NCBI RefSeq assembly: GCF_009914755.1
Contig: NC_060948.1
Source: the human T2T-CHM13v2.0 reference genome, Homo sapiens
Length of the DNA: 64,000 nt
Direction: 5' to 3' (one strand)
Both the position numbers and the translations under genes were made by a program. Positions 13,901 through 29,439 of the stretch are shown here, in pieces (the first letter of the stretch is position 1; the number at the start of each line of letters is the position of its first letter). The notes beneath the pieces are model-generated. The model saw nothing but the letters and a program-made list of their open reading frames with translations, did not search any database and had not been told where the DNA came from.

Positions 13901-16784
13901 TACAGTAGACTACTAGCTGGACTAATAAAGAACAAAATATAGATGATTCAAAGAAACAGAAACAACAGGGGGGATATTACCACTGACAACAAAGAAAGGC
14001 AAATAAACATCCGAGAACGTTATGAATACCTTTATGCACATAAGCTAGAAAATCTAGAAGAAATGGGTAATTTCCTAGACATACAACCTCCCAAGACAGA
14101 ACCAGCAAAACATTGAATCCCTGAACAGACCAAAAATGATCTCTGAAATTGAGTCAGTAATAAGTAGGCTATCTGCCAAAAAAGCCTAGGACCAGTTAGA
14201 TTCATAGCTGAATTATATCAGATGTACAAACAAGAGTTGGTACCATTCCTAGTGAAAATACTCCAAAAAAATTGAAGGGGAGAGACTCCTACCTAACTCA
14301 TTCTTTGAGGCTATGAGGTCAAGATCACCCTGATATCAAAACCTGGCAGAGAGACAATAAAAAAAGAAAACTTTAGGTTAATATTCCTGAGAAACATTGA
14401 CACAAAAACACACAACGAAATACTGGCAAACTGAATCCATAAGTGCATCATAAAGTTTAGCAACCACAATAAAGCAGGATTTATCTCTGAGATGCAAGGT
14501 TGGTTCAACATGTGCAAATCATTAAGTGTGATTCATACATAAACCTCAGTACAGACTAAAACAACATAATGATCTCAATAGATGCAGAAAATGGTTTCTG
14601 TAAAATTCAATATTGCTTCATGTTAAAAACTCAATAACCCGGGTAGTGAAGGAACATACCTCAAAATAATAATAGCCACCTGTGACAACCCCACAGCCAA
14701 TATCATACTGAATGGGCAAAAGCTGGAATCATTCCTATTGAAAATCTGAACAAGACAAGGATGCCCTCTCTCACCACTCTTATTTAAGATAGTATTGGAA
14801 GTCCTGGCCAGGACAATCAGGCAAGAGAAGGAAATACAGTGCATCCAAATAGGAAGAGAGGAAGTCAAACTACCCATTTGCAGACAACATGATCCGATAT
14901 CTACAAAACCGCAGTCTTAGCCCAAAAGCTTCTTAAGCTGATAAACAACTTCAGCAAATTCTCACGATACAAAATCAGTGTGCAAAAATCAGAAACATTC
15001 CTATACACCAACAACAGTCAAGCCAAGAGCCAAATCAGGAACATCTTCCCGTTCACAGTTGCCACACACGATAAATAAAATATCAATGAACATAGCTAAC
15101 AATGGAGGTGAATGGAGGTGAAGGACTCTACAAGAACAACAAAAGACTGCTCAAAGAAATCAGAGATGACACAAACAAATGGATAAACATTCCATGCTCA
15201 TGGATAGGAAGAATCAATGTTGTTAAAGTGACTAAACTGCCCAAAGCATTTTCTGGATTTAATGCTACTCCCAATAAACTACCATTGATATTCTTCATAG
15301 AAATAGAAAAAACTATTTTAAAATTCATCTGGGACAGAAAAAGAGCCCAAATAGCCAAGGCAAACATAAGCAAAAGAACAAAGCCAGAGGCACCATGATA
15401 CCGAACTTCAAACTGCAGTACAAGGCTGTAGTTTGGTTACAAGGCTACAGTAACCAAAACAGCATGGAACTAGTACAGAAACAGACACATAGACCAATGG
15501 AACAAAATAGAGAACCCAAAAGTAAAGCCACACACCTAAAACCATCTGATCTTTGACAAATCTGACAAAAATAAGCAATGGGGAAATGATTCTCTCCTCA
15601 GTAAATGGTGCTGGGATAACTGACTAGTCATATGCAGAAGATAGAAACTGGACCTCTTCCTCACACCATATCCAAAAATTAACTCACGATGGATTAAAGA
15701 CTTAAATGTATAACCCAAAACTATAAAAAAACTTGGAAGACAACCTAGACCATACTGTTCTGGACATAGAAATGGGCAAGTATTTCGTGATAAAGACACC
15801 AAAAGAAATTGCAATGAAAGCAAAAATTGACAAATGAGATTCAATTAAACTAAAGAGCCTTCTGCATGGCAAAAGAAGCTATCAAAAGAGTGAACAGAAA
15901 ACCCACAGAATGGGAGACAATGTTTGGAAACTATGCATCCAACAAAGGTCTAATATCCAGCATCAATAATGAACTTAAACAAATCAAAAAGTAAAAAAAC
16001 AACCCCATTAAAAAGTGGGCAAAGGACATGAACAGCCACTTTTCGAAAGAAGACATACATGTGGCCAACAATCATATATAAAAAAGCTCAACATCACTGA
16101 TCATTATACAAACATAAATCAAAACCACAATGAGATACCATCTTATACCAGTAAGAATGGCTGTTATTAAAAAGTCAAAAATTGAAAGATGTTAGCAAAA
16201 TTGTGGAGAAAAACGAAGGCTTATACACTGTTGATGGGGCTGTAAATTATGTCAACCATTGTGGGAGAGTGTGACAAGTCCTCAAAAACCTAAAAACACA
16301 AACATCATTTGGCCCAGCAATCCCATTACTGGGTATATAGCGAAAATAATATAAATCATGCTATTATAAAGACACATGCATGCATACATTCATTGCAACA
16401 CTATTCACAATAGCAAATACATAAAATCAACCTCAATGCCCATCAATGGTAGACTATATAAAGAAAATGTGGTACATGTACACCATGAAATACTATGCAG
16501 CCATAAAAAGGAATAAAATCTTCTTATTTGCAGGAACATGGGTGAAATTGGAGGCCATTTTCCTTAGAAAACTAACACAGGAACAGAAAACCAAATACCA
16601 CATGCTCTCACTTACAAGTGAGAGCTAAATAATGGTAACACATGGACACATAGAGGGAAACAGCACATGTTGAGTTCTATCAAAGGGTGGAGGGTGGGAG
16701 GAAGGAGAGGATCAGGAAAAATAACTAATGGGTACTAGGCTTAATACCTGGGTAACAAAATAATTTGTACAACAAACCCCCATG
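12858..16784 (+). mobile_element. Older L1PA (about PA11-PA15) with a large internal deletion and no 3' terminus
   Basis: About 155 bp of L1 5' end (GAGCAAAATGGTCAGCTAGATGCAGCC...) joined at 13014/13015 to ORF2 endonuclease sequence ACTTTAAACC; ORF2 fragments in the ORF track (13435, 15102, 16446); stops at ACAAACCCCCATG with no poly(A). Confidence 0.88.
13842..13902. repeat. (TA)n(CA)n microsatellite inside L1 ORF2
   Basis: Directly visible. Confidence 0.97.
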
Positions 16785-18007
16785 TTTTTGTACTACACAT
16801 AATGGAAAATGAACAGGAAGGTGTATGGCCAGTGTAAAAATTAATAGCTAGAGCTTTGCATGGAGCCTCTAGCCCCACTAGATATTTAAACATAAACAAC
16901 GTCTCTATAGTAATGCAATAACATACTGGCACACTAATACACAGGCAGAAATGAATTAATAAAGAATTACAAAAGTAGACCCAAGTATATAGTTATATTT
17001 ATAATATAATGTTGGCATTTTATATCACCAGAGCTAAAAGGGACATATAAATTACATTGAGATAATTGGATAGTCATTTTGAGAAAAAAACAATGTCTAT
17101 ATCTCATACCACACAACAATCAAGTACAAATTATTTGGAGATATAAATTTAGCAGAAAATAACCAAATAAAGAAAGATACCGTGTACAAATTAGAAGAAA
17201 GGATGAGTAAAATCTTATAATCTTTGATGTGCAAAAATCTTTCTAACTATAACTCAAAACCTATGTTTTGAGTGATAAACTTTACTATGTATTAATACAT
17301 TTATTTAAGGCTAAAATCATAGTAAACAAATTTTGAATTTTTCACCAAAAAATAATAACTTAAAAGCAAATCTATATTCCAGGTTAACTATTTTCATATT
17401 GGAGAAAATAACAAAATAAAATACAAAATAGGAAAGTATAAAATAAGATAATCCAAAATGTAAAGAAAATACCAAATACATGATATAAAGCTATATAAAT
17501 GAATTCATAAGGGAAATATCTGTGATAGCTACTTTGAGATACCATTCTATACCTCTCAAAAATTGCCAATATTCAAAACATTGGTAACATGTTTAGTTGG
17601 TAAGAATGTCGGGAAAGCAGCACAATCATATAGAGCCATTGGAAACACAATATTATACAATCACTGTAGAAAGAGATTTGATAAATTCTAATAAAACTAT
17701 ACTATAGCATTATATTAATAAACTATACTGTATCTCAATTCTAGGAATTTATCCTTAAGTTCTCTCCATGCATATGCACAACTTTGTTCATTGTATCAAC
17801 AGTTGTAATTTTTAAATAACAAGAACAATCTATATGGCAAAATATGGAAAATAGTTTGAACGAATTATGTTACATAAACCATACACCCCAGGAAGAACTA
17901 TAGCAACCTGATAGAGAAAGTGAGGACAATCTCTATAACCAATATGGAGTTATTTCCAAGATTGCAGTTAAATGAAAAAAAGCACAAAGAAATATACAAA
18001 TTAAGGT

Positions 18008-18155
18008 TTGTGTGTGTACATATATATATATATCATATATATACATATATGGTATATATATATGGTATATATACCTATATATACACACCTATATATGGGT
18101 ATATATACCTATATATATATATACCTTATATATATATATATATATACCTATATAA
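18008..18155. repeat. Degenerate (TA)n-rich simple repeat
   Basis: Directly visible. Confidence 0.9.
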
Positions 18156-18409
18156 TTTAAAAACATTACAAAGTTATATCTGCTTTTTAAAGAAGAAAAA
18201 CAAAGAATAAGGCAAGAACAAATCAAATTATTTACCTATAGGCTATAAAGGAGCACCGGGTACAATGTGTAGCTTCTGAGTGTAGCTTTATGCATAGTTT
18301 TGTGTTTTGAAGCTATGTTAAGGTTTCACATTTTAAAAAATGAAATAAAATAAAGATGGGTGAAAATACTAAATTTTAGGGGAAAAACCCACAAGTGACC
18401 CTAGATGTC

Positions 18410-20390
18410 TTTCTTCAATGACATGATTGTCTATTTAGAAAACTCCAAAGACATGATTTTTAAAAATTGAGGCAGGGAACTTAATACAGGATTATGGCAA
18501 GTTTGTAGAATACAAGGTTAGTTAAAAAATCAATAGCATTTTTTATGCCAGAAATCTACAAATGAAATGTGAAATTAAAAACAAAATGCCATTTATGTTA
18601 TAACCAAAAATATTAAATGAATAAGTATAAATCTAACAAAATATATACAGGATTTATATGAAGAAAACTACAAAACTCTGTTGAAAGAAATTAAATAAGA
18701 AATAAAAAGAGTGAGAATCCATGTTCATCAATAGGAAGACTCAATATTGTTAAGATGCCAATTTCTCCAACATAATTCTAATACAATACCAATCACAATC
18801 TCAGAAAGCTGTTTTGTTGACATCAACAAATTAATTCTAAAGTTTATATGGAAAGGCAAAAGTGCCAGAATAGACAGCAAAAGAATGAAAAAGAAAAAAA
18901 AATCAGAGAACTGATACTACACTACTTTAAGAAATATTATAATGATAAGAAACAAAGACAGTGTGGTATTGATTTAAAAAGTGAACAAATTGATCAATGA
19001 AACAGTATAGAAAGCCCAGAAATATACCTGAAAAACTATGGTCAACTGATCTTGGACAGTAAAAAGCAAAGACAATCCAATGGAGAAAGGATAACTTTTT
19101 CTACAAATGGTGTTGGAACAAGTAGACATTATATGCCAAAAAAATGTCTAGACACAGTCCTTAGACCTTTCACACATACACATGCACACACACCACTAAA
19201 TGGATTATAGACCTAAATATGAAATAGAAAACTATAAAATGTTGTTTCAAAAATCATAAGAGAAACTCTAGGTAACCTTGTGTTTTGTGGTTACGATGAC
19301 TTTTTAGATACAACACCAAAAGTACTATCCATGGAAGAAAAAATTAAGTTGCACATCATTACAACAAAAAACTTCTACTCTGTGAAAGATACTGTTAAAA
19401 GAATGAAAAGACAAGTCTATAGACATTTTAAAAATATTTGCAAAGCACTTATGTGATTAAAAATAAAACATATTCGAATTATACAAAGAACTCTTAAAAA
19501 TCAATAATAAAAAAACAAACAACCCAATTAAAAATAGGCAAAACATTCGAATAGATGCCTCATCAAAAAATATAGAGATGGCAAATAATCATATGAAAAG
19601 ATGTGCAGTTTCATATGTCATTAGGGAATAATAAAATAAACAATAATGAACTACTCTTAAATACCTATTAAGATAGCTAAAATCCAAAAGACTGACAATA
19701 CCAAATGCTAGTCAGAATGGGGAGTAACATGAACTTTCATTTTTTGCTGATAGCAATGCATAATGTTGTAGGCACTTTGAAAGACAATTTGCCGGTATGT
19801 TACAAAGATAAAAATTGTCTCATTATATGGTCCAGCAATTGCACACCTACGTATTTATCCAATTAAAATTTATGTCAACAGAAAAATCTGCATATAAAAT
19901 CTTATAGCAGCTTTAAGTGTAATTGCCCTAAAACAGAAGTAACCAAGATAAATGGATGAACAATCATACATTCATACAACAGAATATTATTTAGTGATAA
20001 AAAGAAATGAGCAAGCAAGCCATGAAAAGATATAGAAAAACCTTGAATGCATATTGTAGTGGAATATGAATAGGTAAAGCACAGAGGATTTTCAAGGCAG
20101 TGAAAGTGTTGTCTATGGCACTGTATTGCTAGATACATGGCATTATTCATTTACAAAACCCAAAACCCAGAGAACTATACAACGCAAAATGTGAGCCTTA
20201 ACGTAAACTCTGGGCTTTAGTTAATATTAATGCATCAATATTACTTCATAACTTGTTGAAAATGTGCCACATTCATGCAAAGTGTTTATAATAGGGGGAA
20301 ATGTGGATCTGGGGGTAGGGTATGAAGGAACTCTGAAGTAGCTGCTAATGTTTTTAATTTAAAACTTTTCTAAAAAATAAAGTCTTTAAG
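18410..20390 (+). mobile_element. L1M (L1MC/MB-like) ORF2 3' part and 3'UTR
   Basis: ATGACATGATTGTCTA..., GAAGAAAACTACAAAACTCTG, ATAGGAAGACTCAATATTGTTAAGATG; ends CTAAAAAATAAAGTC. Confidence 0.8.
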
Positions 20391-20469
20391 AAATACAATA
20401 TGTTGAGTCTAATAAAATATTTTGAAACCACCTGTCCAGCAAATGCTAGTATTAGGATATACTTTTTTT

Positions 20470-21790
<1,321 letters not shown>

Positions 21791-24199
21791 ATTCACAATA
21801 GTCCATGCTATTATAAATCTCACTTTTGTTTCCAAATTGACTCATCTTTGAGTCAAAGTAAAATTCAATAGATAAATGTTGACGCAATATGGCTAAGTTT
21901 GTGATTTCTCTCTACCTATATGTTCATGTTTTGTTTATGAAAAGTCATTAATTTTTAAATAATTAGTTATCCTTCAGGTCTCAATAATCCCTATTCCACA
22001 ATGGTAAAGTTACAACAAATGCACTTACTTAGAGCACAGAATCCTTTCACACCACTACCAAATTTTCTTCATTCCGTTTGCTGGGCCAATGCTACAAGAT
22101 AAGATAAACCCTGGCCCTATTTTCTCAGACTGCATGATAAGATGAATACTGTAATTTTGAATTGAACATAGAGTCAGTGGTACATTAGGAGCCTAGTAGA
22201 GGAATAGTATCAAGAAGTCAAAAATCTTTAATGTGAGACACTGGATAATGACTGGACTGGAGACAAATCATTTCTTTAAAAAAAAACCCAGAATATAGAC
22301 TATTAAAATAGAACACAAAAAATTTAAAATGTTTTAAGGAGAGATGAAAATAATCAGATGAAATGAGAAGCAAATAAGAGAAAAAAAGAATATATTTGTC
22401 ACACAGGTGAAACAAAAGGTGAGGGAGGGGATAGAACAGGAATTCAGAACTGTGACTAAAATCTGTCTGCTTATATACCTAATTTTTCATATTTGCTCTG
22501 TTTTAATGAGAATTTTCCATAAAATAAAACTAACTTTTCAATATTCTGTTAACCAATTTCCTCTTCTTCTAACTACCACACTTCTTCAAAAGGAGAATAC
22601 ACCCTAGAAATCGTCTGCTGAACTAGAAAACAAGAAGACTGTTCAATAAGCCAGTCTGTCATCTTGCTCACTGAAGGAACAAGTATATGTATATACAATT
22701 TTTTGTTAGTAGTTTTTCAGGTTTCACTACCAATTAAAGTACACTAAAGATAGAGAAAATGCAATGAACTAAATAGATTTGAAAATGCATGTTGATTTTG
22801 GGAAGTTATATAAAATTAGTTTTAAATTTTCTCAACTTTTCCAATATATGGGGGAAAAAAGTTTTGAAAGCCAACTAATTCCATGAGTTCTATGGAATGG
22901 AAACACTGATATAAATTTTGCCTTGAAAGAAATTAGATTTTCTGATTAATTGGTATAAGTTTTAAATAAGATATAGCACCTTACACTTCTGTTACACTTA
23001 GTTTAAAAGATATGAGTACAATAATGTTGAGACATTATTCTTGGCACCACAATACAGTAAATAGTTTAAATGCCTAACCAAAATAGCTATTTTAGGAAGC
23101 TGGCATAACAACCTGTGAATGTCATGCCTTCCGAAATGGCAAAAGAAGATTTTTTCATTTCCTCTCCACAATCCCAAACAATGAGAAAGCAATGAAAAGT
23201 TTAATAGAGTGAGTTACAAAGCACAACTATGCAAAAATAAAAGAGGTATAGCACACTGGGTAAAAGTTATTTGCTGTCCCTAGGTAGTACATTTAATTTA
23301 CAACTGATGTTCATAAAATAAAATGATATTTTCCTTTTGTCATAAGTATCTACATATGTCTCGCTATGTTTTCAACTTTTTAATGTAACCTTTATAATAT
23401 GACTATGATACTGGAAATTTAATGTTCATATATTATTAATTATGCTTTTTTACTATATTGACCTCTTTAATATTCTGCATGTTGGTCATTTATTCATCCC
23501 CAGATAATTGCTTCACCTGTAGGTAAAAGGTGATATTCAAAGCCAAAGGCAAAATACTATTATTTAAAAGTTCAACTCTTTATTCAGAGTATAATATCAA
23601 TTATTAAAATATGCATACTGATGTATTTACTATTACAACATATATTTTTGTACTACATTTAAGTTTACTGTTTGTGTCTTGTAATATCTACACTTATTCA
23701 AAATCTTCAAATGAAAATAATATGTAGATTTTATTCATACTTGCCAAAAATTATATTAACTCTAGCCTTAGTTCAAACTTATATTAATATATAATTTTAA
23801 ACTACTGATTAAACTAAAAATTTACAGATATTTTCCTGCTTCTAAAAATATACTAGCAAAGATTGTTATAGTAGAAAAAAACAAAAAGAGCGTTTTCTTA
23901 ATCTCAGCCATTAAATCAAATAACTACTGAGTCAAAGTGGGGTATATTTGATGGTAATCATGAGGCTTGGGTTTCAGTCCAGGTTTTACACCAAAATATT
24001 CTTCATGATTGGAAAAATTAGTTTCCATTACGGAGCCTTTTTTAAAAAATTTCATACGCACACAGATTCTCTCTAAAGTCACATTCAAATCAAAATTCTT
24101 TATGATGATATGAAAATAAGCAATGGAGATAAAATATTCTTTTGTTACAAATTTTAGTAAAATTGTGACGTATTATATTTAATAACTACTATTTTCCAA

Positions 24200-27100
24200 G
24201 ATAGAACAATCCAAGCTTGATAAAGCATATTGAGTAGATATCTGCATATTTAAAGAATATCCAGAATTCCCTCTTTAAAAGTACCTATCAGAGCAATACT
24301 ACTTCAGATAACTATAAACTATGGAGAAAATATTTAAAATATTCTTTAAATCTAACATTAGAGCACAACAAAAAGCATGATAAAACCACAAAGGAGTCGA
24401 CAGCTTAATATAACAGTAAGTTTCTGATATTTTAAAGGCTTCTTATGAAAAAGAAGACAGGCTCCAGTTCATTTCACGTAAGTTACCTCCATTTACATGG
24501 AATTCCACAGTCTTGTCTGCACGACTATCCACATATGGTATCCACATGTGGTAGAGTTTAGGCTGCCACAGCAACTGTAAATTGAAGAGGAAATGTTGGA
24601 GAAAAATTCCAGAGAAGACGAGTCCCAAAATTTATGTATAAATATTGCCCAAATTTCTAGCTGACCCAAGAAGTATGCAAAGTCAGGTCAGATGCCACAC
24701 AGACCAGGTAAGGCTAAGACATATATATTTTTAATTTCAGCTGATTCTCCATGCAGGGCAGTCAATATTTAAAAAAAAATATACCCAGCCAAGTTAATTT
24801 CGGGCTGAAACTACAACAAATGAAAAAACTCCATTGTTTCAATGAATATAATAGACTCAAGAATCTCTGCAATATTTTATGATGTCTAAGATATAATCCA
24901 AAATTATTAGACATATGAAGAAACAGAAAAAATATTTCATGCTCAGGTTAAAAACAAAAAAACAACAAATGGAGATTGACTCAGGCATAATGTTGATGTT
25001 TGAAATTAGCAGACAGTTCTTTAAAACAGCTGTAATTACTGTAACTCACAGACTTTTGGGAAAATATGCTTAATGAATAAATTGATAGGCAATTTTAAGG
25101 AGGTAGAGACTTTTAAAAGCAGACATGCTCAGATTAAAATTACAATATGTAAACAAACACAGAACCTAGCTATCTAGGTTCCTATATAATGTCAGATTAC
25201 AAATAAAAGAAGAAACATACATTCACTTAAAGATAGATTGATATAAATTATCCAGTCAGGAAAATAAAGAAAAAATAGATAGATTGATATAAATTATCCA
25301 ATCAGAAAAATAGAGAAAAAATATTTTAAAAAATGAGTAGATCTACAATAATCTCTGGTAAAGTGTGAAAAAGTCTAAAATATATAAAATGAAGGTATCA
25401 GAAAATGAGGAGTGACAGCATGGGACAGAAATACTATCTGAAGAAATAAAGACCAAAATCTTCATTTTAAGAAAATTCATATATGTGTAGAGTTAAGAAA
25501 TTCAGACAACATGAAGAAGAGACAACAAACAGAAAATAAATCATGTTCAGACATTTGAAAACTGACCTTAAAAGGCCATGAAAAATGTGAATCAGTTATC
25601 ACTATAATTCAGAAATAATGAAAATGGAAAGGCAGTGGAGGGAGATTTTTAATGGGCTCAACAATAAATAAAACCATTAACTGAAAATCTGATTCTATAT
25701 CTAGCAAAAATATCTTTTAATAATGGAAGTGAAGTGAAGACATACTCAGAAAATAAAAACTAAATACTAAGAAAATCTGTCATCTCTATAAATACCTGAG
25801 AATAACTGCTACAGAAAGTTTTTCTGGCTGAAGAGTAATTATTCCAGATGTAAATCAGACTTTTAGTTATGAACAGAAAACACAGAAAATTCTGAAGATG
25901 TCAGGAAACTAACAGACTATATTTCCTCTTAATTACTTAAATAGACACGTAACTGATTTAAACAAAAGTTATAACATTTTAATATAGTTTTGAACATATT
26001 TCAATATAATACACATGAAAACTATAAAATAGAAGATAGAGGTATAGAGAATGAACATATCCAAGCACAATGTTCTTATATTTTTTGCAAAGTGGTAGAA
26101 TATGAAATCTATGGAGACTGTAAAAACTTAAAAATATATATTGCTATCACTAGAGATACCTCTAAAATGTAATTGTAATAGGTATTTCAGAAAGCTAATA
26201 GATGTTAATATTAAATGCTAACAAATATTTAATGAACTAAAAAGAAGACAATAAGGGAAAACAGAGAAACAAAAATATGTTGTAAAAAGATAAATATTAA
26301 AGTGGTAGACCAAATATAACTATTATTATTATATTAAATATAAGAAGATTAATAGCTCCAATTAAATAGAAGCAATTTCCAGATTGTACAAAAGGGCAAG
26401 ACCAATACAAGGAATTGTACAAGAGATGTATATTATAAAGATACAGATTAGTTTAAGGTAAATACACAGTAGTTACACCTTTTACAAAAATTAACCTAAA
26501 ATGGATCATAGAACTAAATGTAAAGTGCAAAATTATGAAACACTTAGAAAATAACAGAGAAAATTTAGATGGCCTCAGTTTTGGTGATGTCATTTTAAGT
26601 TCAACATCATATGTACAATCTACAAAAAAAAGAATTTATAAGTTGAATTTAATTAAAATTAAAACATTTTGTTCTGTGAAAAACACTGTTAAGAAAATTA
26701 AGAAACAAGGCACATACCAGCAGAAAATATTAAAAAACATATACTTAGTAATGAACTGGTATTCAAAATATGCAGAAAAACTCTTGAAATTCAACCAAGG
26801 AAACCAATCTGATTAAAAATCGTCAAAAGATCTAAACAGACACCTCACCAAAGAAGATATACTGATTTTATATATAAGTATAAAAACAAGATGCCTAAGT
26901 CACTAGGGAATTGCAATATAAATCAATGAGATACTACTACACATCTAGTAGAATGACTAAAATCAACAATATGGACATCAAAAGCTGGTGAGAATGTGAA
27001 ACAACAGGAATTCTCATTCATTGTTGGTGAGAATGAAAAATAGTACAGCCATTTTAGAAGACAGTTTGGCAGTCTCTTATAGAACTAAACATGTTCTTAC

Positions 27101-27330
27101 CACCATATAATCCAGCAATTGCAATCTCTGAAATTTCTCCAAATGAGTTGAAAATGTATGCCCACACAATAACCTGCACATGGATGTTTGTTCATAAGTC
27201 CCTAAACTTGAAAGCAATCAAGATGTCCTTCAGTAGGTGGATAGATAAACTGTGATATAGCCATATAATGGAATATTATTCAGGGCTAAAAAGAAATGAG
27301 CTATCAAGCCACAAAAACATATGGGAAATC
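24200..27330 (+). mobile_element. Ancient L1M fragments (ORF1-like region, then ORF2 3' end and 3'UTR from about 26470)
   Basis: A-rich plus strand; AAAATTAACCTAAAATGGATCATAGA, AACAGACACCTCACCAAAGAAGATA, GGAATATTATTCAG motifs; the 5' part is weak. Confidence 0.6.
25231..25322. repeat. 46-bp tandem duplication, 2 copies with 3 mismatches
   Basis: AGATAGATTGATATAAATTATCCA(G/A)TCAG(G/A)AAAATA(A/G)AGAAAAAAT at 25231 and 25277. Confidence 0.92.
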
Positions 27331-27984
27331 ACTTGTGATTTTGATAGGAATATGTAATTAAAGTAAATTTAAAGAGAATTAAATTTATTAAAATAGTGAA
27401 ATTTCCTAGGGTAAAATAGAATGTATTTTAACTTTTAACATCCATTTTATGTTATTAAATAAAATTTTCTACTTTTATTTGCATAGGGTGTAGACAATAA
27501 TTTCTAATTTTAGGCCTATATCTTTTTGTATCTTTATTCTTGATACGATTATGAACTAGGTAATTTTCCCAATATATTTTCTAAATTACGATTATTGATA
27601 CATGTTAATGTTTATCTTTTATTTGTTTGTAACTGACCACCTTACATAATTCTTATTATTTATAATGGTTTCTCAATTGATTTTTAGGTATTTCCTAAGT
27701 GGCAAATCATGCTATCAACAAATAATAATATTTTTCCTCCTTTTAGTATATTTATTGTATTTATTTTTGTTTGATTAATTCTATTGGATCAAATTTTTAA
27801 GCAATTTTATAGTAGTGAAAATAAACATCTTTGCCTTACTTATGAAATTGAAAGAATCATTTTTGTTTTATTGTTAACCATAAGGCTGTATATTGGAGAT
27901 TTTAACTTTTTATTAATCTATGTTATACAAAGGAAGGATCCTTTTATCCTTATTTCATTAAAATATGTTTATCATAAATTCATT

Positions 27985-28292
27985 TATTTGTTTGTTTGTT
28001 TGTTTTTCAGATGGAGTCTCGCTCTCTCACCCTGGCTGGATGTAGTGCAGTGGCACCAACTTGGCTCACTGCAACCTCCACCTCCTGGGCTTCAAGCAAT
28101 TCTCCCTGCCTCAGACTCCCAAGTAGGGATTACAGGTGCACGTCACCACGCCTCACTAATTTTGTATTCTTTAGTAGAGATGCGGTTTTGTCATGTTGGC
28201 CAGGCTAGTCTCAAACTCCTGACCTCAGGTGATCCACCTGTCTCGGCCTCCCAAAGTGCTGGGATTATAGGCATGAGACACCGTGACCGGCC
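27985..28292 (-). mobile_element. AluS within ancient minus-strand L1M
   Basis: (TTTG)n tail, AGATGGAGTCTCGCTC...CCTGACCTCAGGTGATCCACC...CCGGCC. Confidence 0.93.
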
Positions 28293-28923
28293 CAGAAATT
28301 TATTTTAAATTCATTAAAATAGTTACTCAAACTCCAACAAGATGACATTTTTTCTTTTATCCATGAATGTGATTAATTCTCAAAATATATATTCTAATGT
28401 TAGATCATGCTGCATTTTACATGTTTCCATTTTTTCATGTGTTTTATATTTTACATGAATGTACATTCTATCCAGTAATAATTTATGATGTTATAAGTGA
28501 ATCTGCCACAGATATTTCTGTCATGCTTTGTGAGATTTTCACATCCGAGTCATACCAGATTTATAAAGATCTGGAAAGCATTTTCTTTACATCTTTTACA
28601 AAGAGAATCATTTGCTCCTTAAGTTGAGGAAAATGAATAGAATAAGCTGTAAGATCCATAAGTCTTATTGGGGGATAATTCTATGGTATCTCTTACAGTC
28701 AGGCCATACTTCCAACTTTCATCCCTCCAAATTAAGGTATATTAGTTGAATCTGCTAGAACTTCCTACACTTCTTACTCTTAACATGCCACCATTTCTGT
28801 CAACAGGGGTTTAGTGCTGGTTTCCTGACATTTTCTTCAATTCATTTCGAAGTGTAAAATACCTGGCAGGAATTATCCAGATACTTTACGATATGAAAAA
28901 GCAGTATGTCCTTGACAACATTC

Positions 28924-28929
<6 letters not shown>

Positions 28930-28962
<33 letters not shown>

Positions 28963-29041
28963 TGAGACGGAGTCTTGCTCTGTCACCCAGGCTGGAGTGC
29001 AGTGGCGTGATCTCAGCTCAGTGCAAGCTCTGCCTCCCGGG
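28930..29041 (-). mobile_element. Severely 5'-truncated AluY-like (about 80 bp body plus (TTA)n tail)
   Basis: GAGACGGAGTCTTGCTC...GCAAGCTCTGCCTCCCGGG; 12-bp TSD ACATTCTTTATT at 28918-28929 and 29042-29053. Confidence 0.9.
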
Positions 29042-29114
29042 ACATTCTTTATTTTTAGAGTTGGTGAAATTCAGTTACCACATCACCAATTTTTGCTTAG
29101 TTCACTGTGCTTTG

Positions 29115-29439
29115 ATTTTTGTTTTTGTTTTTTTGTTTGTTTGCTTGTTTGTTTTTTTGAAATGGAGTCTTGCACTGTCGCCCAGGCTGGGTGCAATGGC
29201 ACAATCTTGGCTCACTGCAACCTCTGCTTCCTGGGTTCAAGTGATTCTCCTGCCTCGGCCTCCCGAGGAGCTGAGATTACAGGCACCCGCCATCAACCCC
29301 GGCGAATTTTTTGTATTTTTAGCAGAGACAGGGGTTTCACTATGCTGGCCAGGCTGGTCTCGAACTCCTTACCTCGTGATCCACCCGCCTCGGCCTCCGA
29401 AAGTGTTGGGATTACAGGCGTAAGCCACCACGCCTGGCC
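29115..29439 (-). mobile_element. AluS (Sg-like)
   Basis: Full dimer ending GCCACCACGCCTGGCC. Confidence 0.93.
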
